A DNA stretch of 64,000 bases. Origin: an uncultured Candidatus Rokubacteria bacterium (GTDB taxonomy: Bacteria; Methylomirabilota; Methylomirabilia; Rokubacteriales; CSP1-6). Every line of letters begins with the position of its first letter. Position 1 is the stretch's first letter. This document shows, one piece after another, positions 11,834 to 22,818 of this stretch. The stretch is from the NCBI GenBank assembly GCA_963771355.1, contig CAVYTA010000005.1, positions 160,001 to 224,000 of the forward strand. Direction: 5' to 3'. Under the pieces are notes generated by a model. That model did no database searches. It had not been told where the DNA came from and saw only the letters and a program-made list of their open reading frames with translations. A program made the translations under genes and the position numbers.

Positions 11834-13214
11834 TCACTCGGCTAGCGGCACCTCGTAGCGCAAGCTCCCGAGCAAGATACGCATGGTGAGCCCGTTCGTA
11901 TTCGCTCCGGCATTGGGCAGCGCCCCCCGATAGCTCCCCGGGGTCGTGGCCACGAGCTGGGTCTCGCGAATGCCGCCGTCGACAAGCTGGCGACGGATCC
12001 GTACGTCGGCGGTCGGCAGCGGTCGCCCCGCGGTATCCGTTACCCGCACCGTGATGGCGGCGGTGCGGCCCTCGGCGTCGCGCTCCCGCGTCATCTCGAA
12101 CCGTGGCAGGCCGGCGAGCTCGGACGGTTTCTCCGCCGGAATGGCCTCCTCCCTCGCGGGTATCGCGCTCGCCCCGCGCGCGGCGCTTTGCTTTGGGGGA
12201 AGCTCGGTCCGCGGCGCGGGAGCGGCCGCCCGCTCCACGGCGGGCGGGGGCGTGGCGGAACGCGTTGCCTTCGTGGAGCGGGGCCGATCGACCGTGCGCG
12301 CGGAGGCGACCGCGCGGGACGGTGGCTCGACCGCGGGCGCAGGCTCAACGGCCCGCGGCGGCTCGGCGGGGCGCGGCAGCTCGCGGGACCGCGGTGGCTC
12401 GGCGGAGCGCAGTGGCTCGGCGGGGCGCGGCAGCTCGGCGGGAGCGCGGCGGCTCGGCGGAGCGCGGCGGCTCGGCGGGGCGCGGCGGCTCGGCGGAACG
12501 CGGCGGCTCGGCGGAACGCGGCGGCTCGGCGGAACGCGGCGGCTCGGCGGAACGCGGCGGCGCCATCTCGGGCGGCGCGGCCGGGGGGGCGGACCGGAGA
12601 GCCGTGGTAGCGTCGGGCGGCGTCGGGACCTTCGTCTCGACGGGCGCCGGCATGGGGCGGCTTTCGTCCGTCGCACTGCCGGCCGCCGCCGGCTGCCTGC
12701 CCGGCGCCGTCCGCGGCTGGTCGACCGAGGCGCTGAGCCAGGACGTCCCGCGGTCCGCGACCCCGGCCACGCCGTCGGCGAGGCGGTGAATGGTATCGCG
12801 GGGCAGCACCATCGCCACGCTCACCACCGCTGCTGCGAAGACCAGAGCGGACACCAACGTTCGACGCCGTCCCGGGGTGCGCGTGGCGTCTTCTTCCTCG
12901 AGCTCGTCCGCCGCGTCCAGCTCCTCCGCGGGTAACTGGCCACCGTCGCTGAGCTGCCATGACATGCCGTCTCTGCGCGAGACGATGGCGTAGCCTTGAG
13001 TGCGAAGCAGCTCGTCCACCCCGCGGACGCGCCGCTGGTCCGACACCATCGCCGGCGGGGGTGGGGCCGGCTCCTTGCGGAGGGGCAAGTCAGGCCGCCG
13101 GTCGATGATGATTTGAAGCTCGTTGCCGTCCGCGGTGAGGTGCTGCAGGACGATATTCAGGTAGCCAAGGAGGAGAGGACTGTCGTGCGCCACGATGCAG
13201 AGATGCTGGGCCAT
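11834..13214 (-). CDS. Hypothetical membrane protein with Pro-rich hexapeptide repeats and C-terminal Ig-like (YtkA/FixH-like) domain; +1 frameshift at ~12441
   Basis: ORF 12345..13355 (start at MAQHLCIV, GGAGG RBS) continues into ORF 11834..12676 within the repeat. Confidence 0.65.
12320..12560. repeat. 18-bp tandem repeat, ~13 units, encoding (AEPPRS)-like repeats
   Basis: Unit gcggcggctcggcggaac; Glu codons recur every 18 nt except one 19-nt unit (12434 to 12453). Confidence 0.9.
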
Positions 13215-13418
13215 GTCGGTGCCCTCCCGCGCCGGATTCTGACGAAACCGGCGGTTGGGCGGCTCCTTCAAATCTTGCCCCCGCCGACCCCTCTCCGTCA
13301 AGGTAACTGCGAGCCAGATCATCCAGAGCAACTGCCACAGCAACTGCAAGGCCAAATCACCATGAAGATCAATGGTTCTCTGATATCACGAAACGGCCCG
13401 GGAAAGCGAGGATGACTG

Positions 13419-13778
13419 ATGAGCGAGGACACTTTCGACGCCAGGAAGGCTGCGGCCCGCCGCTACATGGCGACCAAGCCTCTCGTCGAACCGCTGCTGG
13501 CCCAGCTGGTCAGCCAGATGGACTCGGTCGAGCCGGCCCTGCGCGGGCAGTACGAGCAAGCGTGGCGCGCCCGAGCGGAGGCCATCGAGGCCATTCTCGA
13601 GGAGGCCGAGGCCACCCTCTACACGGTCGCCGAGCTCGAGGCCCTCGCCCGCTTCTGGGGCTCGCCCGAGGGCCGGTCCATCCAGCGCAAGGGCGCGCAG
13701 GAGATGGTGATGGTGTTCAACCGGCTTCAGCCGCTCATCGAGGCGGTCAACGACGAGGTCCTGGGCCCCGGGGCCTAG
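13419..13778 (+). CDS. DUF2059-like hypothetical protein
   Basis: YTVAELEALARFWGSPEGRSI resembles the DUF2059 core. Confidence 0.65.
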   Translation: MSEDTFDARKAAARRYMATKPLVEPLLAQLVSQMDSVEPALRGQYEQAWRARAEAIEAILEEAEATLYTVAELEALARFWGSPEGRSIQRKGAQEMVMVFNRLQPLIEAVNDEVLGPGA

Positions 13779-13796
13779 GAGCCCCGGGCGGCGTGC

Positions 13797-14783
13797 TCAC
13801 CCGGCTCGAGCGCCCGTGAACCCCGTCTTGGCGTACTTCACGTCGCGGTACTCCCCGGAGAGCACCGGCGCATGTCGGGGGGCTCCCTGCGAGGGCAGGC
13901 ACTCGATCAGGGTGTCGTAGTTCGGATGGTTGAAGAAGGCGATGGACAGGCGGGCGGCGCTCGCCGCGCCGGTCGCGGGCGGGTTCACCACGCGGTGCAA
14001 GTTCGAGAGCCACCGGTCATTGGTCCAGCGCATGAGCAGGTCGCCGATATTCACCACGAAGGTCGTCGGTGACGTCGGCACCTCGATCCAGCGCTGATCG
14101 CGCGTGCGCACCTGCAGGCCCCCCGGCACGTCCTCGCCGCTCAGGATGGTGAAGCCGCCGTAGTCCGTATGGGCGCTGGCGCGCAGCTGACCGGGCTCGG
14201 GCGGAGCGGCCTGGCCGGGGTAGTAGTTGAGCCGCATGGTGCCGATGGAGCGGTCCACCTTGTCGTCGAAGAAGCCCTCCTCCACGTCCAGCGCGAGCGC
14301 GGCCAGCCGCATCAGGAAGCGGATCTGGCTGCTCATGGCCCGGTAGTACGCGGTTGCCGCCGACTCGAAGCCGGCGGGCGCGGCCGGCCAGACGTTCGGC
14401 TCGAAGTGCCGCCGGCCCCTGGGCCCCGTGTAGTACGCGTCGCCCGAGACGTCCACCGGGCCGACGTGGAAGAACTCCTTCAGATCCGGCGGTGCGGCCA
14501 CGTCGTTCGCGGTGGCGAGCGTCTCGCCCCCCACGGGGTGATAGCCGCGGTTGGTGCCCGGGACGGGATGCCGGGCGGCGAGCTTCTCCGCGAGGGGCAA
14601 CGCGAAGAACTCGTGCGCGCGGGCGCGGAGGCCATGCACGAGCGAGTCGGGCACCCCGTGACCGCCGATGGCGAAGAAGCCGATCTCGCGGCAGGCGGCG
14701 TCGATGGCGCGCGCCACCTCCAGGCGGGCGGCCCGGCCGCCGGCGCGCGCCGGCGTCAGGTCGATGACGGGGACGGAGGTCAT
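13797..14783 (-). CDS. 2-oxoglutarate/Fe(II) oxygenase, isopenicillin N synthase family
   Basis: VPVIDL, GFF, AHTDYG (HxD), LHRV, RLS motifs. Confidence 0.93.
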   Translation of the reverse strand: MTSVPVIDLTPARAGGRAARLEVARAIDAACREIGFFAIGGHGVPDSLVHGLRARAHEFFALPLAEKLAARHPVPGTNRGYHPVGGETLATANDVAAPPDLKEFFHVGPVDVSGDAYYTGPRGRRHFEPNVWPAAPAGFESAATAYYRAMSSQIRFLMRLAALALDVEEGFFDDKVDRSIGTMRLNYYPGQAAPPEPGQLRASAHTDYGGFTILSGEDVPGGLQVRTRDQRWIEVPTSPTTFVVNIGDLLMRWTNDRWLSNLHRVVNPPATGAASAARLSIAFFNHPNYDTLIECLPSQGAPRHAPVLSGEYRDVKYAKTGFTGARAG

Positions 14784-14786
14784 GAC

Positions 14787-15545
14787 CTAGAGCGTCGAGA
14801 ACACCGAGCCGCCGTCGACGATGAGCGTCTGACCGCTCATGAAGGCGCTGTCGTCGGAGGCGAGGAAGACCACGGTCCCTTCGACGTCGTCGGGGAAGGC
14901 GTCGCGCTTGAGCGACCGGGCCTGCATGATCGCGGCCTCCTGGAAGCCCGTGATATCGGGGTTGGCCTGCACGGTATCGCTCAGGATGAGCCCCGGCGCC
15001 ACCGCGTTGACGGTGATCCGATCCGGCCCGAGCTCGCGGGCCAGCGCGCGGGTCATGGCCACCACCGCACCCTTGGACGTCACGTAGTGCATGAGCAGCG
15101 CGGTGCCCTTGGCCACGATGGCGGAGGCCACGTTGACGATGCGCCCGCCGCCCTGGGCGCGCATGGTGGGGACCACCGCGCGCGCGCAGTTCCACACGCC
15201 CCTGACGTTGACCGCCATCACGCGATCCCACTCGGCCTCGGGGATCTCGTCGAAGCGCTGCGGCTTGAGCGTGGCGAAGACCGCGGCATTGTTCACGAGC
15301 ACGTCGATGCGGGCGAAGCGGGCCAGCGCGGCCTCCACCATGGCGCGGACAGAGGCCGCGTCGCTCACGTCGGTGGGCACGCCCAGCGCGCGCCCAGTGG
15401 GATCGAGCTTGTCCGCGGCGGACCGGGGATCGGCGATGTCCGCCACCACCACGCGCGCGCCCTCGGCGAGAAACCGTTTCGCGTACGCGAACCCGATGCC
15501 CGCCGCGCCGCCGGTAATGATCGCCACCTTGCCGTCGAGCCGCAT
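14787..15545 (-). CDS. SDR family oxidoreductase
   Basis: TGGAAGIG, VNNAA, YVTSK. Confidence 0.92.
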   Translation of the reverse strand: MRLDGKVAIITGGAAGIGFAYAKRFLAEGARVVVADIADPRSAADKLDPTGRALGVPTDVSDAASVRAMVEAALARFARIDVLVNNAAVFATLKPQRFDEIPEAEWDRVMAVNVRGVWNCARAVVPTMRAQGGGRIVNVASAIVAKGTALLMHYVTSKGAVVAMTRALARELGPDRITVNAVAPGLILSDTVQANPDITGFQEAAIMQARSLKRDAFPDDVEGTVVFLASDDSAFMSGQTLIVDGGSVFSTL

Positions 15546-15594
15546 GAGTGGCGCGAGCTTAGACGACGTCACCGGAGCGGTCAAGGCGGAGCCC

Positions 15595-16266
15595 TCAGGG
15601 CGCGATGATCACGTGCTCGCGCGTGATGATGAAGGGCAGGTCGGGCGCGACGAAGTTGGGCTCGTCGGCCCGTGTCCGCGCGTATTCGGGGCTGGCGGCC
15701 GAGGCGCGCATGGCGGCGGTGTCGTCGAACCAGGTGATGGCGACGCCATCCCACGCGGGCCGGCGCCCCCCGTCATAGGCGGACCGCCGGAGGTGGCTCT
15801 GAACGTATCGCCGCACCATCGGGATGGTCGCCGCCAGCGGCCCGTGGGTCTCGCGCCAGTAGCGCTGGAAGGCCTCCACCTCCATGCCGGGCTTGCGGGT
15901 GACGAACTCCACGTTCTTCACGCCGCCCGCCGGCGCGGGGGCGTCCTTGATGACGTGCTCCTCGACGATGAGGAGGCCCATGGTCGAGCGGTCGATGAAC
16001 TTCGCCTCGTCGGCTTCGACGGCCTCGATGGCCGGCGTGCCCTGGAGCGCCCGCATGGCGGCGGTGTCCTCGAACCAGACCTCGGCGATGCCGTCGTAGA
16101 GGGGACGGCCCTTGCGGTAGCCCGAGGGCAAGGTGTGCGACTGCACGTAGCCCCGGATGCCGGGCAGCCGGGTCACCACCTCGGGATGCTTCGATCGCCA
16201 GTACTCCTGGAAGGCCTCGACGGTGAGCTCCGGCCGGCGGCGGAAATACGAGAGCGCCTTGACCAT
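15595..16266 (-). CDS. EthD-domain protein (two tandem EthD domains)
   Basis: Duplicated EAFQxYWRxxH...YVQSH...DG(I/V)AxxWFxD..ADE. Confidence 0.88.
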   Translation of the reverse strand: MVKALSYFRRRPELTVEAFQEYWRSKHPEVVTRLPGIRGYVQSHTLPSGYRKGRPLYDGIAEVWFEDTAAMRALQGTPAIEAVEADEAKFIDRSTMGLLIVEEHVIKDAPAPAGGVKNVEFVTRKPGMEVEAFQRYWRETHGPLAATIPMVRRYVQSHLRRSAYDGGRRPAWDGVAITWFDDTAAMRASAASPEYARTRADEPNFVAPDLPFIITREHVIIAP

Positions 16267-16268
16267 GG

Positions 16269-17393
16269 TCAGTCCTCCAGCAGCACGCAGTGCCGCGGCT
16301 CCACGATGAGAAAGACCGCCTCGCCCTCGGCCACCGGGTCCGTCGCCACCTCGCGGATCACGAGGGACCGTCCGCCCCAGTCCACGTGGTACTGGGTAAA
16401 GTCGCCCTGGAAGACGCGGCGGCGGACGGTGGCCGGCCACACGTTGAGGGCGCCGGCCGGGCGCTCGCGCGAGAGACGCACGTGAACGGTCCGCACCGAC
16501 AGTAGCGCCTCCGCGCCCATGCGACGGCCATGGGCGGTGCCGTGGACGAAGTCGCCGCCGGCAGTCTCCAGTACCACGAGCCCGTCGCGCTCGAGATCCG
16601 GCCGGTGGCGGCCCCGGATCAGATTGGCCGATCCGATGAAGTCGGCGACGAAGGTATTGCGGGGGAGGTCGTAGATCTCGTTGGGCGTGCCCATCTGCTC
16701 GATCACGCCGTCGCGCATGACCAGGATGCGATCGGAGATCGCCAGCGCCTCCTCGAGGTCGTGGGTCACGTACACCGAGGTGATGTCGAGGCGGCGCTGC
16801 AGCTCCTTGATCTCGAGCCGCATCTCGGCGCGCAGCTTGGCGTCGAGGTTGCTGAGCGGCTCGTCGAAGAGCAGCACCGAGGGCGAGAACACGAAGGCGC
16901 GCGCCAGCGCCACCCGCTGCTGCTGGCCGCCGGAGAGCTTGGCCGCGCTGCGGTCGGCCAGCTCGCCCATCTGCACCAGCTCGAGCGCGCCGCGGACTTT
17001 CTCCGCGACCAGGGCGGCGGGCAGCTTGCGCACGCGCAGCCCGTAGGCGACGTTGTCGAACACCGTCATGTGCGGCCAGATGGCATAGGACTGGAACACC
17101 ATGGAGAGCCCGCGCTTCTCCGGCGGTACGTGGACACGCGGGGAGGTGGCGAACACCGGGCTGCCGTCGATGCGGATCTCTCCCGACTCCGGCTGCTCGA
17201 GCCCGGCAATGGCCCGGAGGGTGGTGGTCTTCCCGCAGCCGGAGGGTCCCAGGAGCGTGAGGTGCTCGCCCGCCGCCACGGTGAAGGAGACGCCCCGCAC
17301 CGCGGGGACCTTGCCGTAGCGAACGACGAGGTCGCGCACCTCGATGGAGCCCCGGCGCGTCGATCCTCCGGACGGCCCGCTCACGCTACTCAC
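16269..17393 (-). CDS. ABC transporter ATP-binding protein (PotA/FbpC-like)
   Basis: [29 protein letters not shown]-like C-terminus. Confidence 0.95.
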   Translation of the reverse strand: MSSVSGPSGGSTRRGSIEVRDLVVRYGKVPAVRGVSFTVAAGEHLTLLGPSGCGKTTTLRAIAGLEQPESGEIRIDGSPVFATSPRVHVPPEKRGLSMVFQSYAIWPHMTVFDNVAYGLRVRKLPAALVAEKVRGALELVQMGELADRSAAKLSGGQQQRVALARAFVFSPSVLLFDEPLSNLDAKLRAEMRLEIKELQRRLDITSVYVTHDLEEALAISDRILVMRDGVIEQMGTPNEIYDLPRNTFVADFIGSANLIRGRHRPDLERDGLVVLETAGGDFVHGTAHGRRMGAEALLSVRTVHVRLSRERPAGALNVWPATVRRRVFQGDFTQYHVDWGGRSLVIREVATDPVAEGEAVFLIVEPRHCVLLED

Positions 17394-19050
17394 CCGGATG
17401 CTGGATGGCGCGGCGGGCCACGGTGAAGAGGAGTACCAGCGCGATGGCGACCGCCAGCGTCTGGAGCAGCGCCATTGCCGCCGTCAGCTCGGTGCTGGTG
17501 GAGAACCACGACTCCACGATGGCGGGGGTGATGACCTTGGAATGGGGTCCCATGAGCAGGATGGACGCGCCCAGCTCCCGCACGCTGGCGATGAAGAGCA
17601 GCAGCCAGGCCGCGATGAGGCCGGGGCGGAGCAGCGGCATGGTCACGGTGCGCATGCGATAGCCCCACGAGGCGCCGCACATCTGGGCGCTTTCCTCCAG
17701 CGAGCGGTCGATCTGGAGGATCACGCCGGCGATGGTGCGGAGACCGAGCGGCAGGAAGACGGTGAGGTAGGCGATGAGGAGGAGCCAGAGCGTCCCGTAA
17801 ACCGGGATCGGGAAGATCAGCCAGGCCCAGAGCATCCCGAAGGCGAAGACCAGCCGCGGCACCGCCTGCGGGAACATCAGCACGTACTCGATGACGCCCA
17901 CGCCGGGAAGACGCGAGCGGTAAATCATCCACGCCAGGAAGCCCATGATGAGCACCCCGAGGCTGGCGGTGCCCACGCCGAGCAGGAGGCTGTTCCAGAG
18001 CGCCCCTCGTACCGCGTCCAGCGAGAGCGCGGTCCGGTAGTTCTCCAGCGTGAAGTTGCCGGCCCTGGGGAACGCGGTGGCGAGCCGCTGGATGGAGGAG
18101 TAGAGCAGAGTGAAGATGGGCAGGATCACCGCCACCCCGAGATAGGCCCAGCAAACCGCCAGGAGCGACCACCGGAGAGAGCCCACGTTCATCACGCGCG
18201 GGCGGAAGGCCTTGCCGGTGATGGTCACGAAGGTGCCCCCGCTCACCACCCGCCGATAGATGTAGACCATGAGGAACATCACCGCGAAGAGCGAGACGCC
18301 CATGGCGGCGGCGCGGGGGAACTGGGGCGGGTACTGCGAGACGAGCTGGTACATGGCGGTGGTGACCACGTAGAAGCGGCTGGGCAGCCCGAGCACCAGC
18401 GCCGCCGAGAACGAGCCCAGCATCTCGGCGAAGACGAAGATGGCCGCGCCGAGCACACCCGGCAGCACCAGCGGCAAGGTGATGCGCAGCATGGTACGCA
18501 GCCGCCCCGCCCCGAGCACCTGCGACGCCTCTTCCAGCGCGGGATCCATGGATTTCATCACCGCCCCGATCATGACGAAGGCCACCGAGCCCTCGAAGAG
18601 CGCCATGACCCAGGCGATGCCGTAGGGCGTGGTCACGTCGATGAGGTGGCCCTCGCCGCCCAGCGCCCGCCACACCTGGTTGAGGAAGCCGCCGCTGGGC
18701 GAGCCGATGAGGCTCCACGCCAGCGCGCCCATGAGCGGCGTCACGTAGTAGGGCAGCGCCATGAGCTGCTCGAGGGCCGCGCGGCCGGGGACATTGGTAC
18801 GCGTGAGGATCCAGCCCATCACGAAGCCGAAGACGACGGCCATCGCGGTGGCCACCACCGCCACCGTCACCGTATTGCCGAAGATGTGGCTGTAGCGGGG
18901 CAGGTCCGCGAAGTTGTCGAGCCCGTAGGCTTCGGGCGGACGCGCCTGGGGGTCGCCCACGCTGAGCGACGCCTGGAGGAGGAAGAAGATCGGATAGAGG
19001 ACGAGAACCGCGGCGGCGCCCCCGACCAGGAGGCTGACGAGGCGCGCCAC
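17386..19050 (-). CDS. ABC transporter permease (FbpB-like, duplicated domain)
   Basis: Many TM segments, two EAA motifs ([20 protein letters not shown]). Confidence 0.93.
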   Translation of the reverse strand: MARLVSLLVGGAAAVLVLYPIFFLLQASLSVGDPQARPPEAYGLDNFADLPRYSHIFGNTVTVAVVATAMAVVFGFVMGWILTRTNVPGRAALEQLMALPYYVTPLMGALAWSLIGSPSGGFLNQVWRALGGEGHLIDVTTPYGIAWVMALFEGSVAFVMIGAVMKSMDPALEEASQVLGAGRLRTMLRITLPLVLPGVLGAAIFVFAEMLGSFSAALVLGLPSRFYVVTTAMYQLVSQYPPQFPRAAAMGVSLFAVMFLMVYIYRRVVSGGTFVTITGKAFRPRVMNVGSLRWSLLAVCWAYLGVAVILPIFTLLYSSIQRLATAFPRAGNFTLENYRTALSLDAVRGALWNSLLLGVGTASLGVLIMGFLAWMIYRSRLPGVGVIEYVLMFPQAVPRLVFAFGMLWAWLIFPIPVYGTLWLLLIAYLTVFLPLGLRTIAGVILQIDRSLEESAQMCGASWGYRMRTVTMPLLRPGLIAAWLLLFIASVRELGASILLMGPHSKVITPAIVESWFSTSTELTAAMALLQTLAVAIALVLLFTVARRAIQHPGE

Positions 19051-19063
19051 CGCGGCGGCTCCT

Positions 19064-20167
19064 CTAGAGCCCCATGATCCCGTTCCACTCCTTCACGAAG
19101 GCGGCGTGGCTGGTCTGGAAGTCCGTCCAGTCGGTGGGGAAGAGCAGCTTGAAGTCGGACAGCTTCTTGCCGGTGGCCATCGGCGGCGCGTCGTTCTTGA
19201 CCGAGCCGTAGAGGAGGATGGTCTGGGTCTGGTTCACCGTCTGGCCCCGGTTGGACAGCGCCCAGTCCACGAAGAGCTTGGCCGCTTCCGGATGCGGGGC
19301 CTTGTTGGCCACTCCGATGAGCGCCGGCGTGGCCGGCAGCCCATCCGGCGGCGCCACGAACTCGATCTCCGCACCCTTCTCCTTGAAGAGCGTATAGCCC
19401 GCGTACTCCGCCAGCCCGCAGATGCGGTCGTCACCCTTGGCGAGGCGGTCGAAGAGCTGGGCCCGCGAGTCGAACCCGCGCGGCCGCAGCTTGGCGAACT
19501 CCTGCCAGTAGTCGGCGCCGTAGAGCTTGCGCAGCATGTACCACTGCATGTGCTGCATGCCCGAGGTGGCGAGCTTGGCGCTCATGCCGTCCTTGTGGAT
19601 GGGGTTCAGCATGTCCTTCCAGGTCTTGGGCGCCTGCTCGGGCTTCACCTTCGACTTGTTGTAGGAAATGCCGGCGAAGGTGACGCCCATCCAGGTGAAA
19701 TAGCCGCCGGGCGTGCTCTGATACGGCGCCTTGTAGGACGCGTGCTCGGGCGAGACGTACTGCTCGTAGCCGCCCTTCTTCTGGAAGTCGATGGCGGGCG
19801 AGATGTCGGAGAGCTGGAGCACGTCGCACGCGAAGCGGCCGGCCGAGCGCTCGGCGGTGATCTTGGCGTAGAGCGCGCCCGTCTGGGCCCGCACATAGCT
19901 GGTCTTGATCTTGGGGAAGTCTTTCCGGAACGCGTCGAGCAAGGCGGCGATCCCGGCCTCGCCGTCGTGGCTGTAGTAGACGACCTCGCCCTCCGCTTCC
20001 GCCTTGGCGACGTCCGCGCCGGTCATGAAGTCGAGGACCTTGGTGCTCTTCGCGGGCGTCTGCGCGGCGGCCGGCGCGACCCGGCCCAGCATGGGGGTGG
20101 CGGCCAGGACGGCCCCGGCTTTGAGAATCTGTCGGCGTGTGATGCGATGCGACTCGTGCTCGGACAT
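19064..20167 (-). CDS. ABC transporter substrate-binding protein (AfuA/FbpA-like), Tat-exported
   Basis: ITRRQILK Tat signal; AEAEGEVVYYS; APHPEAAKLFVDWALS. Confidence 0.9.
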   Translation of the reverse strand: MSEHESHRITRRQILKAGAVLAATPMLGRVAPAAAQTPAKSTKVLDFMTGADVAKAEAEGEVVYYSHDGEAGIAALLDAFRKDFPKIKTSYVRAQTGALYAKITAERSAGRFACDVLQLSDISPAIDFQKKGGYEQYVSPEHASYKAPYQSTPGGYFTWMGVTFAGISYNKSKVKPEQAPKTWKDMLNPIHKDGMSAKLATSGMQHMQWYMLRKLYGADYWQEFAKLRPRGFDSRAQLFDRLAKGDDRICGLAEYAGYTLFKEKGAEIEFVAPPDGLPATPALIGVANKAPHPEAAKLFVDWALSNRGQTVNQTQTILLYGSVKNDAPPMATGKKLSDFKLLFPTDWTDFQTSHAAFVKEWNGIMGL

Positions 20168-20308
20168 GTGGGCGTGTCCTCCTCGACGGGGTTGTGAGCC
20201 GGCGTCCGCGCCGGCGCGAAACTTCCGATAGCATAAGCCAGGTCGGTCACTCGAGGGGCCGCGTTTTCGGACGGCAACGGTTCGGATATTGGGATAGGGT
20301 GAAGGGCC

Positions 20309-21763
20309 ATGAAAACCCATATCGAGGGCGGCTGGGTCGTCGCGTTCAACGGCAGGACGCACGAGGTCCACGAGCGGGGCAGCGTGGTGGTGGAGGACGA
20401 TCACGTGCTCCATGCGGGCCCGCCGTATGGGGGGCCGGCCGACGCGACCATCTCGGCGAAGGGCAAGCTCGTCTCGCCGGGGTTCATCAATACGCATGTC
20501 CACACCGCCGGCAACGGCGGCGACTACCTGCTCCTGGACATGGCCAAGAACGACTACCGCACCGCCAACTACATGAGCTTCGCCGCCCCGCTCAAGGGCG
20601 CGATGACGCCCCCGCCGCCGGAGGCGGTGGCGGCCATCCGTGAGTTCGTCTTTCTCCACGCCCTCAAGGGCGGCACCACCACCATCATCGACGTGGGCGG
20701 GCTCCGCGGCGACTGGGACGGCTACGCGCGCCTGGTGGACGACCTCGGCGTGCGCGTGTATGGGAGCCCGACCTTCCGCGACCGGAACACCTTCATGGAC
20801 GCGCAGGGGCGGCTCTACTACGACCACGACGCGGCGGCAGGCGAGGCCGCCTTCAAGGAGGCACTGGAGTTCGTGAAGAAGTTCGACGGCTCCGCCGGCG
20901 GGCGCCTGCGGGGCATGCTCAACGCGGCGCAGGTGGAGACCTGCACCGAGTCTCTGCTGCGGGCGGGGAAGGATGCGGCGCGCACGCTCAACATCCCCAT
21001 CCACACCCATGCCGGCGGCAATCTGATCGAGTTCGAGCGGATCATGGCGGAGTACCGGAAGACGCCCATCCAGTTCCTGGCCGACATCGGCTTTCTGGAC
21101 GAGCGCACCCTGCTCGGCCACGCCGTCTTCACCACCGCGCATCCCTGGCCGCGCTATCAATTCGGCGACGACCTGCGCGTGCTCGCCCAGACCGGCGCCA
21201 CCGTCGGGCACTGCCCGTACAAGTACGCCAAGATGGCGATGACGCTCCAGTCCTTCCAGCGCTACCTCGAGGCCGGCGTGAACATCGCCATCGGGACCGA
21301 TACCTTCCCGATGGACATGGTGGCCGAGCTGCGCTGGGCGTCGATCCTCGCCAAGATCGCGGACGCCAACTACCAGGCCGGGCTCGCGCGCGACGTCTTC
21401 AACGCGGCCACGCTGGGCGGGTGCAAGTTCCTCGGCCGTACCGATCTGGGCCGCCTCGCGCCCGGCGCCAAGGCCGACCTCCTCCTCATCAACCTCGATC
21501 ATCTGGGCGCGGGCATCTATGCCGATCCCATCAAGTCGCTGGTGGACGCCGGCTGCGGCCGGGACGTGGACACGGTGATGGTCAATGGCAAGATCCTGGT
21601 GCAGGGGGGCCGCGTCAGTCGCGTGGACGAGGACGCGGTGTATGCGAAGGTGCGCCAGGTGACCCAGCGCTACTGGGAGCATGTGCCCCGCTGGCGCTGG
21701 GACAAGGCGGGCGTGGATCAGATCATTCCACCGGCCTTCCCGCTCCATCGTGCCGCGCCGTAG
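20309..21763 (+). CDS. Amidohydrolase family (chlorohydrolase/deaminase-like)
   Basis: PGFINTHVH, IHTHA, IAIGTD, GRLAPGAKADL. Confidence 0.9.
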   Translation: MKTHIEGGWVVAFNGRTHEVHERGSVVVEDDHVLHAGPPYGGPADATISAKGKLVSPGFINTHVHTAGNGGDYLLLDMAKNDYRTANYMSFAAPLKGAMTPPPPEAVAAIREFVFLHALKGGTTTIIDVGGLRGDWDGYARLVDDLGVRVYGSPTFRDRNTFMDAQGRLYYDHDAAAGEAAFKEALEFVKKFDGSAGGRLRGMLNAAQVETCTESLLRAGKDAARTLNIPIHTHAGGNLIEFERIMAEYRKTPIQFLADIGFLDERTLLGHAVFTTAHPWPRYQFGDDLRVLAQTGATVGHCPYKYAKMAMTLQSFQRYLEAGVNIAIGTDTFPMDMVAELRWASILAKIADANYQAGLARDVFNAATLGGCKFLGRTDLGRLAPGAKADLLLINLDHLGAGIYADPIKSLVDAGCGRDVDTVMVNGKILVQGGRVSRVDEDAVYAKVRQVTQRYWEHVPRWRWDKAGVDQIIPPAFPLHRAAP

Positions 21764-22637
21764 GCGCTCCCGTCGCGCCGAGGGCGACGCCGCCCAGGAT
21801 GAGGATGATGGCCGCGATGAGGGACACGGTCGGTGTCTCGCCCAGCCAGAGCGTCGCGGTCACCACGCTGACCACCGGCGTCATGAGGAGCCCCAGCGCG
21901 GTTGTGACGGCGGGCAGGTTGCGGCTCGCCATTGCCACCGCCCAGTACGCCAGCGCGGAGCCGGGGATGCCCGCGTAGAGCAGCATGAGCACAAGGCGCG
22001 GGCTCCAGGTCACGGCGGGGAAGGGCGTGGTGGCGAATCCCACCGCGGTGAGGATGACGGTGGCGAGCAGGATCTCCCAGGGCAGGAGATCGAAGGGCGT
22101 TCCCCGCCATCGGTGCGCCCGGATGTGCAGGATGCTGCTCGCCCAGAGGAAGGCCGCGGCAAGAATGGCCAGATTGCCCAGCACCGCGCGTCGATCCCCC
22201 CAGTCGAAGGCGAGCGGGTTGAAGAGCGCGACCAGGCCCAGCAACCCCAGCGCCACGCTGGCCAGCCGCCGTGGCGTGAGCCGTTCGCCGAGGAACAGGA
22301 TGGCGCCCGGCGTCACCCACAAGGGCGTGGTGTAGGCGAGCACCACCGAGCGGCCCGTCGTCACCTGCTGAAGCCCCCACGTCGAGAGCAGCGTGAATCC
22401 CACCATGTGGAGCAGGGTGATGCTCAGCAGCACCGGCAGGTCCGCGCGGGCCGGCCGCGGCAGACGGCCCCGCAGCAGCGCGATGGCGAAGATCGTGACC
22501 ATGCCGATGGCGGTGCGCAGCGCTACCGACCACACCGGCGGCAGCGACTCGAGCAGGACCTTGTGGACGGGCCAGGTGAGGCCCCAGCAGATCACGGTGG
22601 TGATCAGCAGGAGCACGCCGGTACGGTGAGCGGTCAT
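21723..22637 (-). CDS. DMT/EamA family transporter
   Basis: About 10 TM segments; [23 protein letters not shown]. Confidence 0.88.
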   Translation of the reverse strand: MTAHRTGVLLLITTVICWGLTWPVHKVLLESLPPVWSVALRTAIGMVTIFAIALLRGRLPRPARADLPVLLSITLLHMVGFTLLSTWGLQQVTTGRSVVLAYTTPLWVTPGAILFLGERLTPRRLASVALGLLGLVALFNPLAFDWGDRRAVLGNLAILAAAFLWASSILHIRAHRWRGTPFDLLPWEILLATVILTAVGFATTPFPAVTWSPRLVLMLLYAGIPGSALAYWAVAMASRNLPAVTTALGLLMTPVVSVVTATLWLGETPTVSLIAAIILILGGVALGATGAPTARHDGAGRPVE

Positions 22638-22701
22638 CGTGGCGGCCGGATCATACACGATACTTGCGCCGCGGCCGCCGCCTTGGGATAATCCGTTCGG
22701 A

Positions 22702-22789
22702 GCTTCGAGGAGCGTTGCGACGGGAACCCATCCCGCCAGGCTCGGAGCGGCCGGCCTCACGGGCCGGCTGTCGGTGCAACGGCGCTCGC
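22702..22789 (+). ncRNA. SAH riboswitch
   Basis: GAGGAGCGUUGC, CCAGGCUCG and AACGGCGCUC consensus blocks; P1 22702-22709/22741-22748; pseudoknot 22710-22717/22780-22787; directly upstream of ahcY. Confidence 0.92.
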
Positions 22790-22818
22790 AAACTCCATTC
22801 CTCAGAGGAGGGCGCGAG

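Noticed and set aside
12320..12560. Regularly spaced repeats considered as a CRISPR array
   Set aside because: Head-to-tail 18-bp coding repeats with no unique spacers and no cas genes
13215..13418. Lower-GC intergenic region with short direct repeat AGCAACTGC and a TTCAAATC stretch reminiscent of a tRNA T-loop
   Set aside because: No cloverleaf could be built; the repeats are too short to support a call
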